From IMG/VR virus record IMGVR_UViG_3300023109_002746, positions 1 through 52,443 of that record: a DNA stretch of 52,443 bases. One strand, written 5' to 3'. The notes below the pieces were generated by a model that ran no database searches, had not been told where the DNA came from, and saw only the letters and a program-made list of their open reading frames with translations. This DNA comes from a virus (lineage: Duplodnaviria; Caudoviricetes). The position numbers and the translations under genes are program-made. This document shows, in pieces, positions 35,496 to 44,492 of this stretch. How positions within the stretch are numbered: the stretch's first letter is position 1; every line of letters starts with the position of its first letter.

Positions 35496-35943
35496 TAGCT
35501 TCCAGTCTCGCCATTAGACGCTCAGCGCGATCACCAACCTGGCGGAACCAAATAGAGTCACGACCTTCTGGTGCAGCACCAGCCCAATCGCCCTCTATCA
35601 ATTTTGTGTTAAAGTTTTTAAACTTGCTTAAGCGTGGACGTCCAAGATTGAAGAGCATGTTAACCAAGACTTCTTGTACTTCGTCAGGAAAATCTTCCCA
35701 GGAGTCGCCGTATAAAACAACACACTCGCTAATGGCGATATTGAGGTCTCGATCAAAGCATTCTCGTACTCGTTCTTCGTCGACAGGAGTTCCAACTGAT
35801 TGTCCGTGCTCACTATCTTCTTCAAGGACCAAGTGCCCGACTCCGAAGGTTGCATATCCAAGATGATCTTCGTAGATTTCATATACTACACCTTCATCTA
35901 TTTTAAGTTGTTCAAAAACTCTTTCTTTACTTACAGGGTTCAT
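35491..35943 (-). CDS. phage lysozyme (GH24/T4-like endolysin)
   Basis: LKIDEG..IYEDHLGYATFGVGHL..VNMLFNLG..DSIWFRQVGDRAERL. Confidence 0.92.
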   Translation of the reverse strand: MNPVSKERVFEQLKIDEGVVYEIYEDHLGYATFGVGHLVLEEDSEHGQSVGTPVDEERVRECFDRDLNIAISECVVLYGDSWEDFPDEVQEVLVNMLFNLGRPRLSKFKNFNTKLIEGDWAGAAPEGRDSIWFRQVGDRAERLMARLEAI

Positions 35944-36482
35944 TTCGTATCCTTGATCAGATCTTTAAATTGTTTCTTTTTGCGACGAGTCATTGCAAGC
36001 TTAGGCTGATGCTTTACACTTCGCCCAGGCTCACCTTGATCGCCAACACCTAATCCTGCAATAGCACCACTACCCACACTCATAGTTGGTTCTTCTTCTA
36101 TTGCCTTTTCAAATAGAATCGAGTACTCTTCCTCGAATGCTTGTAACAGATATACAAGTTCAGAATCATCAAGATCTGAACTTTCGTTAAGCATGCCCGC
36201 TTCTTCCATACGAGCTTCTTCTTTGACTAACCACAATGCGGCTGCATATGTTCCTAGGCGAGTACCACCACCCGGAAGTTTAGCAAGTAGTTTCTTAATG
36301 TTAAGTATTAACTTATCGAATATACCAAATGCATCACGCTGGGCTTTCCTAACGTAGTCCTTACGCTTGATAAGAATGGTGCCGTCCTTATCTATGATGC
36401 CCAGCTTATACGCCTCCCACTGATCAAAAGGCGTAACAAGCCTTCTGATGAATGAGTAAACTAAAAATAGGTCTACTACCAT
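35940..36482 (-). CDS. conserved T4-like protein, probably virion-associated
   Basis: YSFIRRLVTPFDQWEAYKLGIIDKDG..YAAALWLVKE; C-terminal EEPTMSVGSGAIAG module. Confidence 0.75.
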   Translation of the reverse strand: MVVDLFLVYSFIRRLVTPFDQWEAYKLGIIDKDGTILIKRKDYVRKAQRDAFGIFDKLILNIKKLLAKLPGGGTRLGTYAAALWLVKEEARMEEAGMLNESSDLDDSELVYLLQAFEEEYSILFEKAIEEEPTMSVGSGAIAGLGVGDQGEPGRSVKHQPKLAMTRRKKKQFKDLIKDTK

Positions 36483-36857
36483 TTAAATTTCCTTGAGTCT
36501 GGTGACGATAGCTGAATCGGAATCAATACTATTTGCATTAATCATGATATCATCAAACGCTACAACTTGTGGCATAAAGTTAAGATATTCCACAAATGGC
36601 TTTAAGTATTGGTGATACTCATGCAATCTCATAAACAACATATTAGTAGCTTGAGAGCCAAATACATTGTAAAGAACTATGAGATGGTTAAGAATAAGCC
36701 TTTCTTTTAAATCGTCATCTAATCGATATCGACTGAAAAGTTTTCGAAGATATTGAAAGCGTTTCATATCTTCTTCAAATTCTGTTATCTCAGTGCACTG
36801 TGGATTATCATAGTGCTTCATCGCATATAGTACAAAAGTTGATTCCGTCAATATCAT
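36483..36857 (-). CDS. conserved T4-like hypothetical protein
   Basis: YAMKHYDNPQC..FEEDMKRFQY..LKERLILNHLIVLYNVFG. Confidence 0.8.
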   Translation of the reverse strand: MILTESTFVLYAMKHYDNPQCTEITEFEEDMKRFQYLRKLFSRYRLDDDLKERLILNHLIVLYNVFGSQATNMLFMRLHEYHQYLKPFVEYLNFMPQVVAFDDIMINANSIDSDSAIVTRLKEI

Positions 36858-36880
36858 AATGTAAAGTTACTACCTGTGTA

Positions 36881-37177
36881 TTAAGCGTCTGCTACGACTG
36901 TATCATCACCAGTTCCGCTAACACCTAAGTCACCAGCAGCAACTGCAGTTACCTTCATAGGTACCAAACACTCTGCAAAGTGACGACTGTTTGCTGTGTG
37001 ATATAACCACCAGCCTGGACCTGTAATACCCTTAGCACGGTTACCAGCAACAGCTGCTTCGGTCAAGTCGACGAATACGGCATTATCCATATCGTGAGAC
37101 TTGTTTGTATTACCAGCAGCGGTTTCCAACCACTTAGGCGCAGCGGCCAATGTGTCAGTCTTTCCCCATAGTGCCAT
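36881..37177 (-). CDS. putative virion structural protein
   Basis: MALWGKTD..VFVD..EA..GITGPGW; late region, AAGGAG RBS. Confidence 0.6.
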   Translation of the reverse strand: MALWGKTDTLAAAPKWLETAAGNTNKSHDMDNAVFVDLTEAAVAGNRAKGITGPGWWLYHTANSRHFAECLVPMKVTAVAAGDLGVSGTGDDTVVADA

Positions 37178-37220
37178 TTCTATTCTCCTTGGTTTTTATT
37201 ATTATTTTTAATAACAGAAA

Positions 37221-37493
37221 TTATTTCAACTGTGCAAATAGCAAGTCAACAAGCTCATCTTTCAGTTTGCGCTTGTCGAGCTCAAGACCAACTTTCCGAC
37301 CTTCTTCTTCGAGTTGAGTCTTGGTTAATTTTTTCAAAGAAGCTTTAGTTACCTTTGCTTCTTTCTTTGGTGCCGGTTTAGCTTTTGGCTTTTTTGCTTT
37401 TGGCTTAGGTGCCGGCGTAGGTTCTACCACTTCTACCACTTCACCTGGCTTGTCAGTCTTAAAAAGACCTAAAACCCAATCTAATAAAAACAT
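37221..37493 (-). CDS. Lys/Pro-rich protein with C-terminal helical nucleic-acid-binding-like motif
   Basis: LKKLTKTQLEEEGRKVGLELDKRKLKDELV. Confidence 0.65.
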   Translation of the reverse strand: MFLLDWVLGLFKTDKPGEVVEVVEPTPAPKPKAKKPKAKPAPKKEAKVTKASLKKLTKTQLEEEGRKVGLELDKRKLKDELVDLLFAQLK

Positions 37494-37512
37494 AATTTAC
37501 TCCTAGTATATA

Positions 37513-37707
37513 TTATTTAGCTTCATCTTTTGTCATCGCTTTCTTAATAGCTTTGCGACGTTTATGCAGATACTCATCGGAAGAATCGACATCGCCATCG
37601 TTATCAATGTCAGCGTCAGCCTTTCCTACAGGATCCATTTTCTTTTCTTCCAGTCTAGCAGCGATTGCTTCATCTAACTTAGACTCGATTATTTCTTTAA
37701 GTGACAT
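37513..37707 (-). CDS. putative internal head protein with EF-hand-like loop
   Basis: MSLKEIIE N-terminus; DIDNDGDVDSSDEY. Confidence 0.7.
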   Translation of the reverse strand: MSLKEIIESKLDEAIAARLEEKKMDPVGKADADIDNDGDVDSSDEYLHKRRKAIKKAMTKDEAK

Positions 37708-37709
37708 TA

Positions 37710-38402
37710 TTAGCTCCTTTTCCAGCCTAAGTCTTGAAATTTCTTAACATCTTTAACTTCAACATGTCTTACAGTACCGTTGTCGTTATGCATTCTAACG
37801 TGTCCCGCGGGTACTTCTTTATATTCACCACGATCTTTCATTTTTTGAGATGCAGACTGAGATCCTTTAAACCTTTTCCCAGCGCGCTTATCATGCTCTT
37901 TGCGCTTAGCTGCGGTATAGCCAGGATCGTTGCGCTTTTTATCTGATTGCTTAAATTGCTTAACCGCTTTATCTCGATAACGCTTGAGTAGTGCTGGAGA
38001 CAATTCGTTAATTTCAGCGCCTTCCTTTAGCTCGTCACGCAATAAATCTTTTTCGATTTGAAGTCTGCGATGAGCATCGTCTAACCGGTCAAGGAAGCGG
38101 TCAATCTTTTGAATAGCTATGCCTTTAGCATTGTTATCAATTTGTTGTGCACGAATACGTCTTTTATCTTCTTGATATTTCTCAGATTGCTTATCGTAGC
38201 TATCTTGCTGAGCATCCATAGCTGCGATCTTTTTTCGAATTGCTTCTTTTTGAGAATCATTCAGGGCTTCTGTATAAAAAGATTCAAATTCTTCGTCCGT
38301 CATTTCTGCAATTTGCAAGAAAAGCTCATTATTGAAATCTTCGCCTAAAAAGCCATCGATAGCCCTAGCTAGTTTAGACTCGATTATTTCTTTAAACGAC
38401 AT
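37710..38402 (-). CDS. putative modular internal head protein
   Basis: MSFKEIIE N-terminus; INE|LSPALLKRYRDKA basic module. Confidence 0.7.
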   Translation of the reverse strand: MSFKEIIESKLARAIDGFLGEDFNNELFLQIAEMTDEEFESFYTEALNDSQKEAIRKKIAAMDAQQDSYDKQSEKYQEDKRRIRAQQIDNNAKGIAIQKIDRFLDRLDDAHRRLQIEKDLLRDELKEGAEINELSPALLKRYRDKAVKQFKQSDKKRNDPGYTAAKRKEHDKRAGKRFKGSQSASQKMKDRGEYKEVPAGHVRMHNDNGTVRHVEVKDVKKFQDLGWKRS

Positions 38403-38432
38403 GTCTGTCTCCTAATCCTAATATTATTTAAA

Positions 38433-38687
38433 CTATTTATTTATTGGAGTAATCCTAATCTTAAGATTGTTTACTCCTTTAATTAATCTGTGGTACTCGC
38501 CCTCTCTTATTGTAAACCCTACTCCTGGCGCTAATAAAAAAGGTAGAGAGCTTTCTGGTTGGAGTCTCCATCCATCACCTTCAAGCACTTCGATTATGCG
38601 ATCTTCGTTATCTCTGTGCCACACATACTCACTATCATCTTTTGTTACATCAAAGATACGAACATCATCGATATCCGTATAAGGCAT
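38433..38687 (-). CDS. small cupin-like protein
   Basis: WHRDNEDR.IEVLEG..W..Q..EYHRLIKG. Confidence 0.7.
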   Translation of the reverse strand: MPYTDIDDVRIFDVTKDDSEYVWHRDNEDRIIEVLEGDGWRLQPESSLPFLLAPGVGFTIREGEYHRLIKGVNNLKIRITPINK

Positions 38688-38688
38688 A

Positions 38689-38940
38689 TTAAATCAAACC
38701 AGATATCATCTTAAGCGCATCAATCGCCTTTTGAGCATATATCTTGTTTTGTTCGCGAGCAAGGTCAGCTTCAACACCTTTCATTTCAAGTAAATCTTCG
38801 ACGAGTTCTTCATACTCGCCCAACGAAAGATTACCACTATCAAATAATTCCTTGAGCTCACGTACAGCAATTTCTGTTTGAGCATGCCATAATGTTAATT
38901 CTTCGAGTTGCTTAACATCTTCAATCAGTGTTTCTGACAT
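38689..38940 (-). CDS. hypothetical helical protein
   Basis: 83-aa acidic ORF coupled to the lipoprotein gene. Confidence 0.65.
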   Translation of the reverse strand: MSETLIEDVKQLEELTLWHAQTEIAVRELKELFDSGNLSLGEYEELVEDLLEMKGVEADLAREQNKIYAQKAIDALKMISGLI

Positions 38941-39326
38941 TATTTTCTTCCTCCGAATACTTCAAGTGACTGAGTCGTCACTTTATGTATGTTTTGTCTT
39001 TTAAGCCTACAATATGCATCACTAGGATTTTCCCTAGCAACCAGCTCATCAGTTAGCGAATTTAGTTTTTGATATATGGTCGTAATGTTATCATTTAAAC
39101 GGTATTTAGAATATGTATACAACCAATGAGTTCTATAATCCATTTGACTAAGAATTGGTTTCATGCACCACAGTCCGTCTTCACCCATTGCTGATATTAC
39201 ATTGAGTTCTACGAGTTTACCGTACTCAACATTATCAAAGTCACTTGGTATAAACTTACTAATAGATGTACACCCTGATAGTACAAATATGCATAATGCT
39301 AAACTTACTATATTTTTCATGTTCAT
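38940..39326 (-). CDS. lipoprotein
   Basis: lipobox VLSGC. Confidence 0.7.
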   Translation of the reverse strand: MNMKNIVSLALCIFVLSGCTSISKFIPSDFDNVEYGKLVELNVISAMGEDGLWCMKPILSQMDYRTHWLYTYSKYRLNDNITTIYQKLNSLTDELVARENPSDAYCRLKRQNIHKVTTQSLEVFGGRK

Positions 39327-39595
39327 GATATTACTGCCCTGATATAATCGGAATGGACTATGACAGCGTCTTGTCCATTAATTCTGACTGGCATTGATTT
39401 ATCCCATTGGAGATATACCGTATCGCCTTGTTCGAGCCAAGTTACTTCTGGCCCTTTAGCAATTACCACACCAGGTTCTGATGCTGTTGCTTTAACTTCA
39501 GATGATAATATAATACCACCCTCTGTCTTTGTTTCTTTTGGTGCAGCTGCTACTAACACATTGTCACCTATCATTTTGATATCACTTTTTTTCAT
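39323..39595 (-). CDS. groES: GroES-like co-chaperonin
   Basis: IGDNVLV..ETKTEGGIIL..GVVIAKGPEV..GDTV..IRAVI. Confidence 0.85.
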   Translation of the reverse strand: MKKSDIKMIGDNVLVAAAPKETKTEGGIILSSEVKATASEPGVVIAKGPEVTWLEQGDTVYLQWDKSMPVRINGQDAVIVHSDYIRAVIS

Positions 39596-39906
39596 TTTGG
39601 ATAAACCACCTTCACATTTAATTTTTTAGCGTAATACTCAGCATCTTTCTTTGCTTCACCTTTAAGTCTATGATATAGACCGGATGATTCCCAACCTAAA
39701 CTCTGAGGAAGAGTATGCCAAGCTTCGTAACCATTCTTATCAACTGGAGTTACATACCAACCTAAACCAGGATAGCGTACAACTTCAATTTCATGTACTT
39801 TACCATTACCGACAGAAGGGGCACCAGTTTTGATAACAATTTCGTTAAACTCTTTAAAACCCTTCATTTTGATTTCCCCTTCGTGGAACCTACTAAACCT
39901 TATCAT
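39592..39906 (-). CDS. putative internal head protein
   Basis: MIRFSRFHE..MKGFKEFNE capsid-targeting-like N-terminus. Confidence 0.6.
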   Translation of the reverse strand: MIRFSRFHEGEIKMKGFKEFNEIVIKTGAPSVGNGKVHEIEVVRYPGLGWYVTPVDKNGYEAWHTLPQSLGWESSGLYHRLKGEAKKDAEYYAKKLNVKVVYPK

Positions 39907-40271
39907 TACCAGAAGTAGCTTCCGCCACCTTTGAGTCCAAGTGACTTTGCGTATCTTGGGAGTCGGCAGGCCCAGTAGCCTGGAGAGAGTTTATCATTTT
40001 TAGTGTCGCAAGCGTGTCGCGCTGCAAAGCTTCTTGCCGCGTCTCTATCATTGATTTTAGATGTGAGTCCACCTTTCTCATCACCAAACTCAATCTTTTT
40101 GATATTGCCTGTTTTAGGGTTTCGAACGTAAACGACATATTTTTTCTTACCTGAGCTGCGTTTTGGTGAGTTTAATTCAGGATCTTTGTCTTCTTCTAAC
40201 TCGATCATTGGTTGCTCGAGAGGTACTGTGACTCCCTCGTATATACCAAAGCTATCTTTAAATCTTTTCAT
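39906..40271 (-). CDS. conserved viral protein (DUF6321-like), putative internal protein
   Basis: MKRFKD; KKKYVVYV..KKIEFGD..RSFAARHAC..PGYWAC. Confidence 0.75.
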   Translation of the reverse strand: MKRFKDSFGIYEGVTVPLEQPMIELEEDKDPELNSPKRSSGKKKYVVYVRNPKTGNIKKIEFGDEKGGLTSKINDRDAARSFAARHACDTKNDKLSPGYWACRLPRYAKSLGLKGGGSYFW

Positions 40272-40276
40272 CTGTT

Positions 40277-40723
40277 TTACTCAGCGTTGCAATCACAATG
40301 AGGACAATCTGCTGGGCATTTACAGTCTTCAGCTTTTACATCAGAACCGCAACACTTGTCAGAACAACGCTTGGTGTCTTCGTTCAATTTACTAATTTTC
40401 ATACCGGCAACATCAACGTTTTTGCTCAGCGCTGCTTTAATTTTTACTGGATCAAGTTTGCTTGCATCACCGCGAGTACCTACAGATATTGTACCTACTC
40501 TTTTACCTGATTGTGGACTAGGAGATTCTGTATCTGTTACTAAACCGCCTAATGGTTTAACAATCTTTCTTACTTCTGATCGGCAAACATCCCATTCCTT
40601 TTTTAATTCTTCAGCTTCAGTTCTCTTTAAACTGCCTTTAGGAAACGTTGATGTATAATCAACCTTAATCTCAAGTGCTTGAGTTAGCTTTGCCTCTTGA
40701 ATATAAGTTTTAAAATTTAACAT
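40277..40723 (-). CDS. putative internal head protein with Cys-rich tail
   Basis: MLNFKTYIQE; 8 Cys in the last 30 aa. Confidence 0.7.
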   Translation of the reverse strand: MLNFKTYIQEAKLTQALEIKVDYTSTFPKGSLKRTEAEELKKEWDVCRSEVRKIVKPLGGLVTDTESPSPQSGKRVGTISVGTRGDASKLDPVKIKAALSKNVDVAGMKISKLNEDTKRCSDKCCGSDVKAEDCKCPADCPHCDCNAE

Positions 40724-41245
40724 TTATCCTCCGAACTCGTGTCCTGCGACTCGTTTCATTTGTTTTGTGAATTCTTTAAAGGATGGTTTGTCCTTGTAAA
40801 GCTTAATGGTGAGATGAGATTTGTCTTTTCCTTTGATTCGCCAGTTGTAACCTTTTTCTTTGTGTTCCGGCTCCGTTGTCTTAACAACTCTACGGGGATA
40901 GCCCTTTTCCCAAGTTTCTGATCCTTCATTTACTTCCTCTTTAAAAGACTCAAGATTCGGAATATTTATGCGGAGATGCTTTGGTAAGTCTCCTTTGTCT
41001 ACTAGCTTATTCAATGTCAGAATCAATTGATTACCGTCTCGAGGATTCAATCCCATTATTCGAATTACTTTTTGAACACCACGATTACCTTGCCCAGGAT
41101 TCTTACGGCGCCAATCAAGGTAAAATCTTACAATCTTTTTCATTTTGGGAGCGAGTACCAAACGACGAATAAGCTCTCCAGTAGTTGTCTCGTCTAGCGC
41201 TTCGTCAAGACGTACCTGCTCGATAAAATTATTGAATGATTCCAT
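40724..41245 (-). CDS. putative modular internal head protein
   Basis: MESFNNFIE..LDE; two basic modules split at NLE/VNE. Confidence 0.7.
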   Translation of the reverse strand: MESFNNFIEQVRLDEALDETTTGELIRRLVLAPKMKKIVRFYLDWRRKNPGQGNRGVQKVIRIMGLNPRDGNQLILTLNKLVDKGDLPKHLRINIPNLESFKEEVNEGSETWEKGYPRRVVKTTEPEHKEKGYNWRIKGKDKSHLTIKLYKDKPSFKEFTKQMKRVAGHEFGG

Positions 41246-41250
41246 GGTGA

Positions 41251-42339
41251 TTATCCGAAGTAATGTTGGAGTTTCATGTAATCGCTGTCTCTTACAAATC
41301 CACGGTCAAGTGGGATTGTATGAGCAGAACCTCTATACGTAAACTCCATTGATCGATCAGTCTTTTTGATTTTAGACCCGCCATTTGAGCGTATTTCTTT
41401 TTCAACAGTAGAAACCGAAACAGCACCTTCTTGTAAGTCTTCTCTTACAATCTTAGCAATGCTGTCACCAGATTTTGCTCGAGGGTACATGCTATTAAAT
41501 GTCTTTGAATCGTGTCTGCTAATACAATCAGCAATATATTCTGCAACGTCTGTGTCTAAACCTTTAATGTGTTTCTTAAGGTCTTGAACCTTAGCGTCTT
41601 TATAAAGATCGTGAGCTTTCTTAAAGTCAGCCTTATCAATGCCACCGGTCTTTGCTTTATTAGCAAGATTCTTAATTACATCTTGACGACCTTCTTTCAA
41701 ACCACCCATTGCATTACCGTAGACTTTCTTTTTGATACTACTTTGACGATTGCCTTCAGGCTTCTTACCATCTTTACGCTTATCTGCTGCAATCTCTGCT
41801 GCAGTTGGCTTACGATAAGCTTCATTAACTCGGCGTAATACAGCACGTATCTGAGGATGCTTAGACAATCCTTTCTTTAACTTTTCAATTGCTTGAGTAG
41901 CACCGGTCATGTTACCACCAGCATACCGCTTATCAGTAGCAATACCAACAGCCTGTCGTATTTCCTTAGTAGTAAAAGCTTCTTCCAAAGACTCTTCATG
42001 CATACGATCAATTTTAGCACTTTTCATGAATGCAAGCTTGACATGCGCAGCAAGTTTAAATAGCTTCCAAGCCTTCTTCAAAGCTTCATCAGTATCTTTA
42101 GCTTGTACTGTATGGAAGGCACCGCCATAAGTAATTTTGAACTTTGGTATCTTAAGAATCCTATTCAATCGATCAGGATCAATCTTAGGAGCTTTTTCTT
42201 CAAGCTTAGCTTTGTTCTTGGCGCCAATGTCAGTGATACCCTGTCCAGGTGTGTCCTTTCTCAAAGTATCGGTGAGCTCTTTAGTTCCCCAGTCACCGGC
42301 TCCGGATTTTTCTACGAGGTCTTTGAACTTAATAGTCAT
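41251..42339 (-). CDS. putative modular internal head polyprotein
   Basis: MTIKFKDLVE; basic modules separated by LEE, LEE, VNE, LKE, LQE. Confidence 0.7.
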   Translation of the reverse strand: MTIKFKDLVEKSGAGDWGTKELTDTLRKDTPGQGITDIGAKNKAKLEEKAPKIDPDRLNRILKIPKFKITYGGAFHTVQAKDTDEALKKAWKLFKLAAHVKLAFMKSAKIDRMHEESLEEAFTTKEIRQAVGIATDKRYAGGNMTGATQAIEKLKKGLSKHPQIRAVLRRVNEAYRKPTAAEIAADKRKDGKKPEGNRQSSIKKKVYGNAMGGLKEGRQDVIKNLANKAKTGGIDKADFKKAHDLYKDAKVQDLKKHIKGLDTDVAEYIADCISRHDSKTFNSMYPRAKSGDSIAKIVREDLQEGAVSVSTVEKEIRSNGGSKIKKTDRSMEFTYRGSAHTIPLDRGFVRDSDYMKLQHYFG

Positions 42340-42344
42340 TGCTT

Positions 42345-44441
42345 TTATTTTCCTTTATGCTGTGCCCAGAGATCTTTATCTGCTGTAGTTCGTGTTTTAC
42401 CGCCGGTAGCGAATGAATTAATACGTGCTAATCCCCACTGTGCAGGAGTAGTACCAGGCCTATGACCGGTTCGCCATGCAGCTACACCTCGATCAAATAC
42501 CTTCTTAAGAATACCATAAGAAATACCAGTCTTTTCTGCTTTATTCTTAATAGCTGCTTCTGGATTGCTTTCAAAAATAAATTCAACAGTCTCGGCCAAG
42601 TTGTTAAGATTCTCTTCAACCAATGTACCGTCTAGTTCGGTTACCATTTCATCAAGCTTTGGCTTACGAAACATTTTAAAGCGTTGGTCAAGTTTAACAC
42701 TACCATCTTGCTTAAGTAGCATGTGTGGCTTTTGTAGATATGCTCTTTCAAGGTTACTACTCTTTTCACCAAACATTTGCTGGAATTTAGTGGTATGATT
42801 TGAAGGCTTAGTCTTTGATCTTTTATCACCAGGGGCTGGCTTATATGCAGCAGGATTATCATCATCCATTTTTGCTTGCTTTGCAAACTGAGCTTTGCGC
42901 TTAGATGCAGTACTCTTTGCGAGACCAGAATGATATGATGCGCCTTCATCAACTCGCTGTACAACTGTATACTCGTTATAGGATTCAGGAGTAGATGCTG
43001 CTTCGTCTAAAGCTTGTTTTACCTTAGCGTGTTTACTAATACCCTTACTAATCTTTTCGATTTCTTTGATAGCATAGTTTTGATTAGCACCTAATTGCTC
43101 GGCTAGATCTACTGCACGTTGAATATCAGTCTTACGAGATTCATAAAATGCTTCAAACTTCTGATTGACATCTTCGGTAATCTTTGGTACACTAACAACA
43201 GTTGCACTACGCTTAACTGGATTAGTTGGTCTTGATTTAGCGATACGACTAGCAATACGATCTTTTTCGTCTTGCTTTACTTTAGGTAGCATACGTCGCA
43301 TTAGAATATTAAGTCTGGAATCTGGTATTTTTGCTACTCGATCATCAATACGTTGACGAGCACTATAAGGAAGATCAGCGTAATCTCGTGACTTAGCAAA
43401 CCTTTTCTTTAAAGCACGGATGACTTGACGACGAGCTCGCTTTTGTAAAGTATCAATAGTTGCTTTACGCCTCATTGCTCGACGTCGACCCATTTTAATT
43501 TTACTGCGTAGACGACGCATGATCATCTTACGCTTGAGTCGTTGTTGTCGAGTTAATGCTTCATAGATTGATTCAACATGAACAGGCTTACCATTGATGT
43601 GTACAATAGGCTTACCTTCTTTGTTAACGTTACCGTCCCATAGACCTTGCTTATGAGCTTTACGAGCTTTCTTAACGAGTGGATGATTTTGATTTTCGCT
43701 AAGTTGAGTTGATTCATTAACATTCATACCAGTTCTCACTGAATTAAATACCGCTTTACCTTGACTTCGTAGTTTAGCAGGTAATCCTTTTTTGAATGAC
43801 TCCATGTCACCGTCTTTAGCTAATGCCCTCATTTTAGAGGCTGACATCCCTGAAACATCATCAGCGTCTGGATCGCGTTCCCCCGCAGAAACCACCTTAA
43901 TAGACTTATAGGTGTAATCCTTACCATTATACTTATTTAATAAAGTATTGAACTCTTCAACACGGTCACTACCAGCAACCACGATAAGATTTTCAAATTT
44001 ACCTTGTAATTCTTTAGCTACATCAATAATAGTACGAGCTTTTGATTTTTGAATAAGTTTAGTACCAAAGGCTGTTTTGGCAAACTTGATTTTCTTCTCG
44101 TACGAAAGAGGATTTTTCTTGGCGTCTTGAGAATGAGAAAGGAATATAAGAGGTGTAGCATTATTCTTTACACCTGTACGAATTACCGCGTTTGCAAGTT
44201 TTTCGTGGCCAACTGTAATTGGATTCATTCGACCAAAACTAATAACCGCTGTTGAGTCTGCAGCAGCTTCATCGAGAGTAGGCTTCACATCTACATACTT
44301 AGATGGATTACTAATTCGTTCGCCTTTACCTTTCGACTTTTTGGCTTTCTTAGTGCTAATTGACTTTGCATCATCGGCACCACCATCCACTGTCTGTTCG
44401 GCGTCGTTTCCAATAAATTCTCTTATTGATTTTAAGCCCAT
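42345..44441 (-). CDS. cytidylyltransferase-like (HxGH-superfamily) domain fused to multiple basic modules
   Basis: FGRMNPITVGHEKL, KNPLSY, VAGSDRV, SAGERDPD, MSASKMR; C-terminal RGVAAWRTGHRPG..QWGLARINSF. Confidence 0.85.
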   Translation of the reverse strand: MGLKSIREFIGNDAEQTVDGGADDAKSISTKKAKKSKGKGERISNPSKYVDVKPTLDEAAADSTAVISFGRMNPITVGHEKLANAVIRTGVKNNATPLIFLSHSQDAKKNPLSYEKKIKFAKTAFGTKLIQKSKARTIIDVAKELQGKFENLIVVAGSDRVEEFNTLLNKYNGKDYTYKSIKVVSAGERDPDADDVSGMSASKMRALAKDGDMESFKKGLPAKLRSQGKAVFNSVRTGMNVNESTQLSENQNHPLVKKARKAHKQGLWDGNVNKEGKPIVHINGKPVHVESIYEALTRQQRLKRKMIMRRLRSKIKMGRRRAMRRKATIDTLQKRARRQVIRALKKRFAKSRDYADLPYSARQRIDDRVAKIPDSRLNILMRRMLPKVKQDEKDRIASRIAKSRPTNPVKRSATVVSVPKITEDVNQKFEAFYESRKTDIQRAVDLAEQLGANQNYAIKEIEKISKGISKHAKVKQALDEAASTPESYNEYTVVQRVDEGASYHSGLAKSTASKRKAQFAKQAKMDDDNPAAYKPAPGDKRSKTKPSNHTTKFQQMFGEKSSNLERAYLQKPHMLLKQDGSVKLDQRFKMFRKPKLDEMVTELDGTLVEENLNNLAETVEFIFESNPEAAIKNKAEKTGISYGILKKVFDRGVAAWRTGHRPGTTPAQWGLARINSFATGGKTRTTADKDLWAQHKGK

Positions 44442-44492
44442 AATCGATTTCAGCCTTTACTTGTTTGGTTTTTAAATGATAGATCTACACTG

